Shown here in pieces: positions 24,860-37,627 of a stretch of 64,000 bases of DNA. Source of the DNA: Marsupella aquatica. Taxonomy: Eukaryota; Plantae; Marchantiophyta. The stretch lies in assembly GCA_973895155.1 (NCBI GenBank), contig OZ316892.1, forward strand, positions 5,860,476 to 5,924,475, written 5' to 3'. Position numbers and translations under genes: made by a program. The notes beneath the pieces are model-generated. The model made no database searches. It was not told the DNA's origin and was given only the letters and a program-made list of their open reading frames with translations. Position 1 is the stretch's first letter, and each line of letters starts with the position of its first letter.

Positions 24860-27095
24860 ATGGCGACCGAGGATGAGATTCCCGTTGTCGACCAGCATGA
24901 GGAATCTCTCCCAGAGGTGAAGGAAGAAATGTCTGCCGGGGATGTAAGTTCTCTTCAAATTCTTCCATGGTTCTGGAGATCTGTAACCCTTAGGTGGTTG
25001 GATGGATCCGTGGGGCACCAGATTTATTGAACAGTTTTTTATTGCTTCTCAGATTCATCACTTTGATCCCATGAAGAAGAAAAAGAAAAAAAAAGTTCAT
25101 ATTCAAGAGGAGGGTGATTTGGTGGTAGTCGAACCAGTTACGGAGAAGGTGGAAGCATTATCGCTGGACTCCACGTTCGCTGGTTTGAAGAAGAAGAAGA
25201 AGAAGAAAACTGTAAGTTCTCTCACGCCCCTAGTTGGCGAGAAATTGAGTCATACGTAGGGAAGGTGGTTGGTTTCATTCGAATTGTCAATAGGCAATCC
25301 CTACCATGGCTGCAGATATTGCCTTCGAGAAAAGAATAGGTTGATTTTGTCCTATTCATACAACCAGCATAATCGGTCCTGGTGACCGCGTAGCATTGAA
25401 ATTGTATGGGCTCCCTATGTCATGAAAGAGAGTAGTATCACTCCCCGCATTAATAGGTTCATATGCATGGAGAACCACATTTCTTCAGATAATTTCTCTC
25501 ATTTTTCTTGGAGACGCTGGAGCCTAATTGTTCACGGCCTGGATCAAAATTTTAGTCTCCCACAGAAAGCATTGGGAATTAGGTCTTTAAGCCTTGCCCA
25601 GGGTTTTCAAATAAAAGTCTTCCTTCGCTATCCTCTGCTTCGTTTTTACCATTAGCGGCCTATGAAATTGATGAATGTGCTCTTCCTTAGCACTCAGTCT
25701 CTTCTTGTCTTTCAAAGGGTGATGGGGAATTGGAGGAAGAAAAGGGAGATGGACCAGCTGAAACAAATGGTAAGCGAATTCTCGTTGGAAAATAATTAAA
25801 CTTTCTCCGGTACCAAAAAAGTTTTGTGTCGTTCGGGTGGTGTGTTTCGCTGTCGTTAGCTGACATAGAAACTTTGGTCCCTTCAAGGTGAGGAAGCCCC
25901 TGAAGAGGACGAGGACGAAGAGGGAGAAGGGATTGTACTTGAAGAAGTGCGATTTCCATGGGAAGGCTCAGATCGAGATTACAAGTACGATGAGGTCAGT
26001 GCTTAATCTCATCCTCTAACCATATTTCAACAATTCATCTGTTGGTCTGCTCCGGGTACTAAATAATTATGCAGCTCAAGTTTCTGGGTGGCAATGTGTT
26101 TGACGGACACTGAGTCTCGGCCTGCTTTCTGGACAGCTGCTCGGTAGGGTTTTCAATATTTTGCGTGAGAACAATCCAGAGTTGGCTGGAGAGAAAAGAA
26201 GAACGATCATGCGGCCGCCTCAAGTGCTCCGAGAGGGTACAAAGAAAACCGTTTTTGTGAACTTTATGGACCTGTGCAAGACGTAAGCCCTTATCTTCTG
26301 CCCTACGTCTTTCCTGAAACGTCTATGATTTTCATGAAACTTTCGATGAAATACAGAAGTTATCCTAATTTGAGGTATCACTGCTATTGCTACTGACTCT
26401 GAAGTCCTGACTTGAACAGCATGCATCGTCAACCCGAACATGTAATGGCCTTCCTGCTGGCTGAATTGGGAACAAGCGGTTCCCTTGATGGCCAACAACG
26501 TCTGGTTGTGAAGGGTCGGTTTGCTCCTAAGAACTTCGAGGGTATTTTGCGGCGATATGTTAGTAAGTAATTGGTCTATAGTGCTGTACTAATTAATTGC
26601 TTTCTGTAGGCTCACTAATTTATCATGGCCCTCGCCTCCGTCTTCCTCAGATAAAGATGTTATATGCAACGGTTGTAAGCGTGATGCGATTTTGCCATGT
26701 CACCTCTATGATGTTGTAGTGATTAACTGCTCTCTTATGGCTCACTAATTTATCATTCCCCGTCGTCCTCAGATGAATATGTTATGTGCAACGGTTGTAA
26801 GAGTCCAGATACAATTCTTACAAAAGAAAATCGTCTCTTTTTCCTTCGTTGTGAACAAGTAAGTATACTTATTCTGGAAGTGTATCTAGTTTTCCTTAGC
26901 CCTTCTGCAAACTCTAATCCTTTCAAACTATTTCTTCTCGTTAATTGCTTTTTGTGATAATCCTGTACAGTGTGACAATTGCTTGTACTAATTGAAAGGT
27001 GCGGATGTTGGTTGTAGTGCGGCTGCTCGCGATCTGTCGCTCCAATCAAGGCTGGTTTTGTTGCTAGGGTTGGACGCAGAAAGACAACTACTTAA
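24860..27095 (+). CDS. EIF2S2: Eukaryotic translation initiation factor 2 subunit beta, 8 exons (24860-24916, 25053-25211, 25718-25769, 25888-25994, 26137-26282, 26420-26562, 26773-26858, 27018-27095), 275 aa
   Basis: Motifs: [11 protein letters not shown] and LKKKKKKK lysine boxes, [54 protein letters not shown], and C2-C2 zinc ribbon [14 protein letters not shown]. All introns are GT-AG with consistent phases (828 nt total). The exon 3 acceptor could alternatively be at 25691 (in frame). Confidence 0.97.
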
Positions 27096-30000
27096 GATCG
27101 TCCATTCAGTAGTTCAGAGATCTGCTGGGTTTAGAAAGCCGATGCAACACAAGCTGAAAGCAAAAGTATGGGGAAGATAAAAATTCTTTTTCCTGCTGCT
27201 CTTCCTCGCTCTTTTGGGCACTCATTTGTAATGACTGCACGAGCCCGAAAATGCAACGGATGCACATTTAAAGCTGTATTAACACTAGTATTGTTGAGTC
27301 TTTGCTACAGTCCGGTCGGGGGAAATGGGGTAATAGTGCTGCAAGTTTTGGGTTCCAAGCTGAGGTTAGGCTTACTTAAGGATGCTCAAGTCGAAATATT
27401 CATTGCAGAGTTTTGTTACTAGTTGTATCATATTTGGTTTTCGAGACAAGGCATTATCTGCATGTTGAAACTTTGACTGCAGAGTGTTATTAGTAGGGTT
27501 TCGGTAGTAGTTGTATTATAGTCGTTTTCGAGGCAAGCCATCGTCTGCCAGCACGTGGTACACACAAGCATGCGGAGGTCGAAAATAAGGATTGATCAGG
27601 TAGGCCTTCGGTTTATTCTAACACGGTTGGTGAGAACTTGAGACCTGAAAGTGTTAGTAGTGATATTGATTCAAGGTTTTCTTTGGCTGTATCCAGTGAG
27701 GAGTAAATGAAGCTGTAGATTATTAATCATCAAGAGAATAATTGTGGATGAAATCTCCTACTAATTGAACAAGAGTCGGTCGAAGCCCTGGTAGTGTAAT
27801 GCATAAAACCGCTTGAGGCTTGAGTCGTGCAATGCGAACAGACGAAGCCTGGGTCCCTAATGACATATCATATTTTTATTTGCTAGCACGATTGGTCTCC
27901 ACATAAGTGTTAATTTAACGTTAATGTTTGGGGTTCATTCAGTACATAACTAATCCTACGTGTTACCGATGTGGGAATTTGGTGAAAAATGTCTCTATTC
28001 TGTCCTAGCCATAGCACAACAAACAATCCACTCGTAGCAACAGAGGGATGTTAACATCACAAACCATCTGATGCTCCTGTCACCACTTTGTAGACTTTTG
28101 GAAGTTGCATACTCTATATAGTAGAATTGCACAGGATAGACCACAGATTTATGCGAGATAAATGGGGGTTTTCGTGGTATATTTCGATTCTTCTCACTGG
28201 TTTGTTCACTTTAAAACCCTCACAACAGGAGCATCATATTAAACGTCGGCACCAATTTGCACCTTACCCGGTATTGTTTGAAGGAAAGAAATACAGCTGG
28301 TTGTTTCTGTTTGGACCAGCCTCAGGGCCGGAGAGCTCGTATCTTTCCAACAAACACAATCATTTTGCTTTACAAAAGGGAATTGGACAGTTCGAGCATG
28401 TTTGGGATGATATGCCTACCGGATCATTCCCTATTCGATTAGTTGTTGAGGCTAATCTACTTTTCGTAAGTGAGCAAAAGAACAGGAGTAGCAACTTGCT
28501 CTGATAGGTAGAAGCTCAAACTGTGTAGGTGAAAAAGAGTCTTCGTCTTGTGTGCAAACCATGGTATTTCAATCTTCATGACCGTCTTTGAGGCACCTTA
28601 GATCAAATTGAATACTCAAGTAGTTCTTCGGAAGATTGTGAGGTGAGTCGCAATTGGGGCCGGGATCACATTGCCTAGCACGGATCCTTTTGTGGGGTGC
28701 CATCGTTTTCCCAATGTGTAGTACACCCCATTTGCAGTACTCGCAATTGTATAAATGCAAGATAGCTTAGACTGGGCAGAAAAAGGCTCTAGCTCTCCAT
28801 CCAGCAAGTACTCCCTATTACATATGACACAGTTCAGTGTGAAAGTGGAGTGCGAAGCAGATGAAGGTGCAATGTGAAGACAACGTCCGTCTTCTTTGTG
28901 GGAGGAGTTCTGAACTACACTGGATGGAAGCCAGGGTCCCTAATGACATATCATATCCATAGTTGTCACAAGGCTTGCGTTTCGTTTTAGTTTCTTTTTG
29001 GGTTCCAATGTTTCAGAATTTTGCTACAACTGTACTGGTCTCCCGAAGGGAAATAACAAGAGGGGTTCTCCCATGGTAAATGGTCTTGATTGAATGCCAA
29101 GTTAGATCTAAAGAGCACTTCCGTCCAAGACTAGAGTTATTGATAAATAATCAAATAGGAGATGCATAAGTCAGGAAAATGGCCAAATACTGGGTGAGAT
29201 AGTGTTCGAGCCATAATTGGCCATATACTGGGTGAGATAGTATTTGAGCCCTCCCCAGAACTACTTGAACATGAAACAGATGTAGACTCTCTTTTTCGTC
29301 CTTCATGAATTGCAAGTAGCTAAGTTGCCCTCATTTTTGTAGCACTTGTGGGCATAACCTAGTGGCAGTCTGTTTAACAGTGCAAGGCAAGACGTCACCT
29401 CAATTGCAGGGAGTATGTCATCCCCATGGATCTCCTCAGGTCAATCACACCCTTAACATGTTGAACCTCCCCTTTTGCAATAACTCAAACTGGTTATCCA
29501 TCTCACCATTCTCCTTTATGGGAAACTTTACTAATAAAGCTATCTTTTTACTACTGATTCAAGAACAAAAACTACAATTGGGGTCTAGACTTCTAGAGTG
29601 AAGCCTCTAGAATGTAACGCCAGGGCTCCACCAAATGTATGTGGATGGAGAGGATGGATATATTGTACCTCAAGATGATCATGCATGCTGATTTTTGTCA
29701 TCATGTCTATTGACATTCAGGCTGGTCAGGTCCACGATGAAAGAGCATTTGATCACAAAGATTGAACAATGCCTGTGTCTGTGTATGTCTAGTATACCGT
29801 CTCTGTATTTGTGGACAGAAAGATTCAACCATGGCTACCTTACCTGCAAAAGACCAGATGGAGGAAAGTTTGATCACGCAGATTGAACAAACACTCGTGT
29901 TTGCCTCCAATACAAGGATTATGTGTTGTCGGGCAAAACAACAAGTCTACCCCCGGTGAAGTCCCACTATTGGACTTTGTTTTTCCAGTCAAAAATTCAA

Positions 30001-31429
30001 ACTGAAACAACACTTACCAGACCTTGAGGATGGTTTTCTGTAAATGCTCAATGATGCCTTGTACTCTTGTACTCTACCAAGTTTAAAACCACCAGTGTCT
30101 CTCCAAGTGATGACCACCTGGTGATACCAAGTTGACCAAAGAGAGGTTGGTCACAAAAGCCTGAATAATTTCTCCCTCCTTCACAAGCAGTCCTTCACCC
30201 TCTTCCATCCATTGGGTATGTTATACTCCTCTTGGCTACTACGGGTGGCATATATTCATAAATCTGCTTTGTATTATTCGTGCCTACCTACCCTGATGGA
30301 CCAAGCAATTAGTTTCAAATATAGACTTGCGGATTGACAAATAATATTATCTCCATATGAATTAGTGGATTAAGGATGGTAAAAGGGATGGGCGAGAGCA
30401 TTATTTCCATATATGGTTTGAGGTATGCGCTACCATCATTATTATCCTCAAATAAGGATACATACTTGAGATTAACACTAACTTGCCAGAAAAGTATTAT
30501 AAATTAAACACCCATATATCTAACTTGCCAAAGAAAGAAAAGAGCTGCTAAACATGAAGACATGATCCCAAAGGCAGGACCTAGTAAAGGACAGGAAATA
30601 AGGGAAAAACCCAAACTAGGAAGTGAAAAATTTCCAAATTGGTTTTTTGTTGTTCATGCAACACTGTGTGCATTGTCCAAATCATTTCCCCATGCTTTGA
30701 CTGTCTAGCCCTGTCATGTATTTCAAGGATCAGGAGCCTGCAAAGGCTCCAATCCAAATCATCCAAGTCCACTCTTCCACAAAAGCAATGGCCCCCAACA
30801 GCTTTTGACCAACTGATCCTTGGGTCGGATTACTTCCGTGCCCGGATCACAAGGGCTCCGGACTTTTTTACTTTCAATATTTGTTCCTTTTGGCCGTACG
30901 CGATACATGTCAAATATTTATTAATATGACATTCGGATTTGAGCAATACCAAATTTCAGCTCCCAGCGACTAAACTTAACTAAGGTAGTTCAAACACTTC
31001 CACACAAGTGCATAACTTAATTTTGAAAAATTTCAATTAATTCTAAGAAGTTTTTGTTAATATCTTAACACCATAATATTTTATTTACGGACCCCCATGA
31101 GAAGTCTCTTGCAAATTCTCTGCCACGAGGTTGCGCCACATCATCACAACCAGCCACAAACAGGAATGATCCTACTTTTAACAATGACAAACATGCACAT
31201 TCCTGTTTGTGGCAAAAGTAATGTAATTTTTGGGGCGCCATGCCGTAAATATTAAATGTAAAAAAACCAAAATACAAAGGAAGAGATGTCATTTAGTAAA
31301 ATAAAGTTACCATTATGATGTTTGTCAAAGATGTATAAGTGTTTTATATCAAAATGCTTATATTTTTTAATTGTTTGCAAGTTTGAAAAAACCAATTGAT
31401 AGAAATGTACATAGTTAAAACCCCTTTGG

Positions 31430-31900
31430 CGTCACATTGTAAAACTAAATAATCAATCTCCTTAATACTTGATAAAATCTGTCAATGTTTGATTCATTGG
31501 AAAACTCAAGATCAAGATTTAGAAACATACTTAGACCTCTCATTGGAAAGCTAGAGTAAAATAAAAAAACTCATCATCTCCTTAGTACTTGACAAAATCT
31601 ATCAATGTTAGGTTCATTGGAAAGCTAGAAAATTTCAGATACTCATGATCTCTCTAATTCTTGACAAATAGTCTCAATGTCACACATTAGAAAGCTGAAG
31701 AGATTGAAAACCTCATGATCTCTCTAGTATCGTGACAAAATTTGACAATGTCGAACTCAATGTTGGAAAGCGAAAAGAATTCATGAACTCATGATCAAAA
31801 TTTCTTATACTCACACTCATTGGAAAGGCAAAGAAATTCAAAAACTCATTTAGAACTTTACAAAATTTGTCAATCTGAGGCTCATTGGAAACCCTTTCTC
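31430..31900. repeat. Degenerate AT-rich repeat array, related copy at ~33370-33535 (TE subterminal-type)
   Basis: Recurrent TCATTGGAAA(G/A)CT and CTTGACAAAATCT.TCAATGT motifs at roughly 40-120 bp spacing. Confidence 0.7.
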
Positions 31901-32504
31901 GATTAAGAGATATCACAATCTCGTCATTGTCAAAAACTTAGCCGTTGCAAATTGATTTCTTTGATCACATCGTCATCGCTTGTCCACAATGCTTGCTTCC
32001 TGACTTGAATTGTTTGCATCCCTTTAGTCTTCAACTGAAGCTCACTGTGAAGACAAGTTGACGCCAAATGCAACCTCTATGTCAAAGAAACAATTGTTGG
32101 TCTCCCCCTCACACCATAGTTTTCTTAAATAAAAAAAACTACAAATCCTTCGTGTGAAGTGATGGCTCATTCATTTTATGTGTTCTTCCCACTGAATCAA
32201 AAAGCGCTCTTTGCCAACAGCTGAGTGTTGTCCTCCAGTCTGTCTTGTGGCGGTAATGTTCAATGTAACTCACAAATTATCAATCAAGAATGGTAAAAAC
32301 ACAATTTCTCCAATAATGTGTAAGCAAAAACTGTCAAAAAACTTAATTCCTCCACATTCAACCTTTTGTTTGATAAATCTCCTCTATCTTTTGAGCGTTT
32401 TCTTTTATACAAGTACACACCAACACCATTGGGAGACTCAAAACTGTCAGTCACTGCCTTGTTGAAAATTGATTTCACTTCATCATGCACACATTCCTTG
32501 GATG

Positions 32505-33149
32505 AACATGGGGGTCCACGGATTAATTCTTATGATCTGTTTATGAAATCTCATTCTGGTGGAAAATCTGGCAGAAAATCTCCCTGGCCATTGGACTACG
32601 ATGACATTTTTCTTAATCATGAGATGCACCCAGAGGTGCCATTGTGCACATGTCAAACACCCAACCAGATGCTTTCCCTGCAGCTTGTACACTCCTTGTG
32701 ATCCACTTGCCGGGCCGGTTTGCTGACTCCCTGCATTTCCCAACTATATCACCATCTCACTTGTGCTCAATGCACTTACTATCGACAATACTGTGCATAG
32801 GGCTATATATGTTATAATTTGAAAATGAAATAAATTAAAAGCCTACTCTAATCTCAAGGCCAAAGCAGTATGTAAATAACATGTGGAACATATGGTAAGC
32901 TAGATATGATTCTCCGGACAGATTAATTGGAGAGAAAGAACAAAGGATGAAGACCCAAATGCAGGACGGAGGGAGGGGAAAAGGTGAGGTTGAGGAAGGT
33001 CTAGTGAGAGAAAGGCCAGTAATCAATAGAGGAATGGATGTGAAGACTGCCCAATTATGGGTTCTTATGGTACGGAGTGCAGGTGGGCTTAAGTATACAC
33101 ACACTGGATGCACTAACTAGGGATCAAATTACTCCGTGGACCCCATGTT
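32505..33149. repeat. ~24-bp inverted repeat pair (MITE-like)
   Basis: AACATGGGGGTCCACGGATTAATT (32505-32528) versus AATTACTCCGTGGACCCCATGTT (33127-33149). Related GGACCCC motifs at ~31089 and ~33979. Confidence 0.5.
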
Positions 33150-35760
33150 ATTTTAGCGGCAGTTATCTAGAAACTGAAGCCCAGATGGGCTTCCAAGTCT
33201 AAAGAAAAAAAATTCAAAAGTGAACAAGTTAATGTTTGGCACTTGAAGCAATTGCCAAACTTACCAAGGTAACCATAATTAATTCAGTCACAAAACCAGC
33301 CGCAATGTGAACTACTGTTTTAATGTGTGGGTAGCTTAATTGCTCACTTCAGCAAAACGGTGCTTGATGGAAACTAGACTCATTGGAAAACTAGAGAACA
33401 TTGGAAACTTATAATTTCCTCAAAGCTTAACTAAATCTATCAATGTTAAGTTCATTAAAAAGTTAAAGAAATTCTAAAACTCATAATCTTCTTAGTAAGT
33501 ACTCGATAAAATTTGTCAATTTTAGGTTCATTCTCATGGAAGGGATCAACATTTCAGGGGTTGAATGTGCAACAAAGATTTCTATTCACGTTAGAGATTA
33601 TGAAATCACAAGTAGAATATATTTCTTAAATTACTTACTCAATTCTTATCTAATGGTGACAATCCTGAGCTCATTAGGATTGTCTCTTCAAGATCTTTCC
33701 AACGCCATATTCTACGTGAGTTTTCATTATGATTTGACTCAACAATGTCAAATAGAAAATTGTCGTCAGGAAATGATGTTTTGAATAAAATCAAAATGTA
33801 TTTAATCATTACTGGGAGAAATTTTGCCTCAATATTTTTGTCTTTTGATTTACCCAGTTTTTACAGCAAAGTTGCCACAAACACAAATGCAGAAATTAAT
33901 TTTATCCAAAAAAAGTCTTTTCCTGTTTGCAGTGTGCCATGATGATGTGACACGCTGTGGAGCCTGAAATTTTAAAAAGGACCCCTAATGGGGGTCCATA
34001 ATGAGAGTGGGACTACAAACCCACATGGGGTGTGGTTATGATGATAATGAGAGGGTGACAACAGCGGGGGCAACGACCTCAACAAATGAGAGCTTGAGAA
34101 CACTACAATATCCAATCCTCTGGTTCTCTCCCATACACTCCCTGAAATCCACTTTGCTAGGCCAATTGCCAACTCATTGCAGTTTTCAAGTATCTGGCTC
34201 ACTGACGTTTGACAACACTTGTGGTTGACAACACTTTGCAACGCATGGGCATAGGGCTGGTAACATTACGATTTGAAAACAAAAAGTTTTATTCAAATGA
34301 GACTCCTCCTCTCCCTCTTGGTTTGAATTGTGGAATGTTTCCCAATTGATTTCTAATAATCATACAATAAATCAACACGGAACTATGTGTAGCTCCTACA
34401 CAACTGATCAATCTTTCTGATGTGTTTACCCTATAGAAGAGAATGAGCTGGCTTTTTGATGCCTTGACTATGGCTTGAAGAACAGTCATGGGCCACTTGC
34501 CCCACGGCTCTTTAATCCGCATCTTGCATGAAAAATTCTCATCCAGTACATTCATATTTATTGCCTTGCTACAATCTGTCAAATGCATAAATAGGGCCCA
34601 TGCACAAATTCATTGTTTCTTCAGTTGTTTGTCTGAAGCGGCAGCTACTGCCTTCTGCCTGAGCGGTTGCACTAACTTGGCTTGCAAAAGAGATGAATGA
34701 ATGCCTGACAAAGAAACAATGGTGCCTCTACTCCCTGCTCTACCCATCTTGCCAACAGGTTACAGCTTGGCTTGTACTCGGTGGGACAATGCAATGAAAA
34801 AGAAAGGCAAAAGAGTAGTAGTCTACTACTGTAACAAGAATGGTACTTAGCATAGCAGAAATATCGCCTGAGCTATTCTATTCCTTCAGACATGATAGTT
34901 AGGTGGATGGATAGAGAGAAGAAATTCACAGGCAGCGAGGAACAAAGAATGAGACTGGCAGGTTAAACTGTCATTGGCAGTGAGTGACTTATGGCTGACC
35001 TGGTTTGGGCGATTGCAAATTAGCGCTGGAGATGAAGAACAAAGGAGGAGGAACTTGATGCCCCAAGATGGAAAGAGAAAAGACAAGGTAGAGAAAATTC
35101 AAGAGAGAAAACAAACAATAATGAATAGAGGAACGGAGAGGCCAGCCATTCCTGCCTGCCTGTCATTATGGAACGGAAGGAAGGTTTGCTTAGGTATAGG
35201 ATAATGCCGGTAGGGGCACACCATTCAGAGACTAGAACCCCAGCCCAGACCGTCTTTAATAAGGTATGTAAACATGATATAGGAAAAAGTTAACAATCAT
35301 GACTTTCCGGGCAGGAGGCTACAGAAATAACAGTAACCTCCAAAAATGGTCACACACAGGTAACCTTTCGTCCAGGCCGAATTTAAGTATACACACAAAT
35401 TTCTTCCACGCCAAATTTACGTACACACACAAAAACAGATGCACTGACAAGGGATCCAATGACACTGGGACAGCAAGCCCAGCATGGGGCCTGGTTATCA
35501 CAATCATGAGAGGACAATGATGACATCAACAAAAGAGAGCCGAAAGAGTCCCCACCATTTTCGCTACAGTGGGGGCCTGGTGGTGGGGAAAGAGCGATTT
35601 GTGTGCGAGTGAGCCTGCCTGGGAGGCTACCGTAGTAGTAGCACTAGGGTGAGAGAGAGAGGACTAGAGGAGAGCAGGAGGAGCGCGGTTAGAAGGGAAG
35701 ACGAAGGGAAGAGGAAAGGAAGAAGAAGCGACGTGATGGATGATATACTTGAGGCTAGTA

Positions 35761-35778
35761 GGGGGGGGGGGGGGGGGG
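35761..35778 (+). repeat. G18 homopolymer in a purine-rich tract upstream of the homeobox gene
   Basis: 18 consecutive G within GA-rich 35650-36030. Confidence 0.9.
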
Positions 35779-36453
35779 TGAGAAGGAGGAGGACTGGAGG
35801 AGGGAAGAAGAGGACGGGGATGGTGGATTATAGTGGGCTGATGGGGAAGTGTGTGTGCGCGCCACACGTGCGCCGCGAGAGGGGAAAGGTTGAGACGAAG
35901 AAGAAGAAGGGAGAAAGAGAAGGAGGAGAAAGAGAAGAGGGAGGAGTAACAGGAAGAGAAAAGAGGAGCATAGGCGAAGGAATAGTAAACAGAAGCAACA
36001 TGCATCATCATCAGAGAGAGGGAGGGTGGGAGGTAGATGCTGTTGCAGCGGCGATGATGTGTGATTTGAGCACCGATTATGCCAATCCGTCCGTCGTCCT
36101 TTCTCTGCCCGTCCTGCTCTGCCTGATGATGCCACCTGCTTGGCCTATCTGTCTCGTTGCCTTCCCTCCCTCCTCGGTTGTAGCAGCGGCAGACGGCCTC
36201 CTGCGTGCCTGCCGGGCCAAACTTAATGATAATGAGCCTGCTGCTACGTTCGGAGCTAATCTTCCGCCGCCAAGCCATCCTTTCGCCCTGAGCACACACT
36301 TCTTCTTTCTGCAATGGTCTGCTGCCTGCTGCTGCGCGCTATCGTCGTACCCTAGGCCTCCTCGGCTTCTCCTCCCTCCCTCCCTGCCTCTCCCTGCCTC
36401 TCCCTGCCTCCCTGCCTGCCCTCCTCCTACTTTATGTGCGCGCTTCATGTCCT

Positions 36454-36551
36454 TGCGTCCCTCACCCACCCCGCGTCAATCGCATTTCGTCTTCCCTGCT
36501 TCACCATGCGTCCCTCACCACGCGTCAATCGAATTTCGTCTTCCCTGCTTC
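36454..36551. repeat. ~50-bp tandem duplication in the putative 5' leader
   Basis: TGCGTCCCTCACC..CGCGTCAATCG.ATTTCGTCTTCCCTGCTTC occurs twice. Confidence 0.85.
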
Positions 36552-37627
36552 TCCACTCCGTGGTAGTCACGTCGTCCTCGCCTTTCTTTGCCTCTCTCCC
36601 GGACGGCTTCGAAGATTCACCTGCTTCCCCTCTGTTGCAGCCCTTTGCGCCTGCGGTTCTTGAGAAATTGTTCTTGCGCGCGCAGTACCCGTCTCCTCTG
36701 CATTTCGTGAAGTACGTCTTTGTTGGGGAGAACTCTTAGCGTCGTGGTTATCGACTTGTGATTGCTGGTGAGTTCTGCCTCTGTCACGTTGTTGATTCCT
36801 TCGGTAGTAGATAACATGTCGAACAAGTCGAGCGGATTCTCTTTGAAGTCTGAAGGATTCAATGTTATATGGCACAGTGCTGTCGTGTGGAATCTCGACA
36901 TTGCGGACTGCAGACGGAGGCGTCGTATATAAAATAGTCCACATATGTCGAGGCCTGACTTTCTTCCCATCTTAGGAAAGCCTTGGATTCATCGTCACGG
37001 CGGACTGATGTTGGCCGGTTTGCTCCATACATAGGATATGGATGCCTCTCATTGGTGACAACTTTCGAAGATCTTATGTTAGAATTGTTTGAACAAGTTC
37101 TGAGGTCTCAAGGATTTTTTCTAGGGAACGAGGCCAATTCGGTGTCCGACTTTCTGACGGTATCTACTGTCAGCCCTGATATTTCCAATATTCCGGCCAT
37201 CGCCCGTGCCATCTTTCCGAACTTCCACACTATGCTCTTTCCGTTCCTTCATTCTATGGTGGAATGCTGTTATTTCGACAGAAGCATTAATCGCTAGTTT
37301 CCCTTCGCCAATGATCGTTTCTACCTTGTTGAAACCCTTACGAGCTCTTTCTTGAACATGTCGTACCTGGCCTTTAGAAGTTGTCGAGCAGGTATCCTAT
37401 GAAGTCGTAATTGTAACCTATCCGCAAATCATCGGCAGCCTAAATCGGGACCATCTATTGAAGTGGTAGAAATTCAGATTGCTTCAGTTCAAGCAGTCGA
37501 CAACGTGTTTCGTCTTTCGTCATAGTAATTGTTGTTCCTCTTCATTTTACAGGAAGCTCATTCTGCTTTCTTCATACTGCTTTCTTCGGTTCCATTCGTC
37601 TGACTGAAAAGGAGATAAGGTTGCAGA

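Noticed and set aside
34600-34780. miR536-like complementary words and a short hairpin
   Set aside because: Too many mismatches and only ~10-15 paired bases, so not a credible precursor or target.
35649-36566. 305-aa and overlapping 216/126/130-aa ORFs
   Set aside because: Low-complexity translations of GA- and CT-rich promoter/UTR sequence with no domain motifs.
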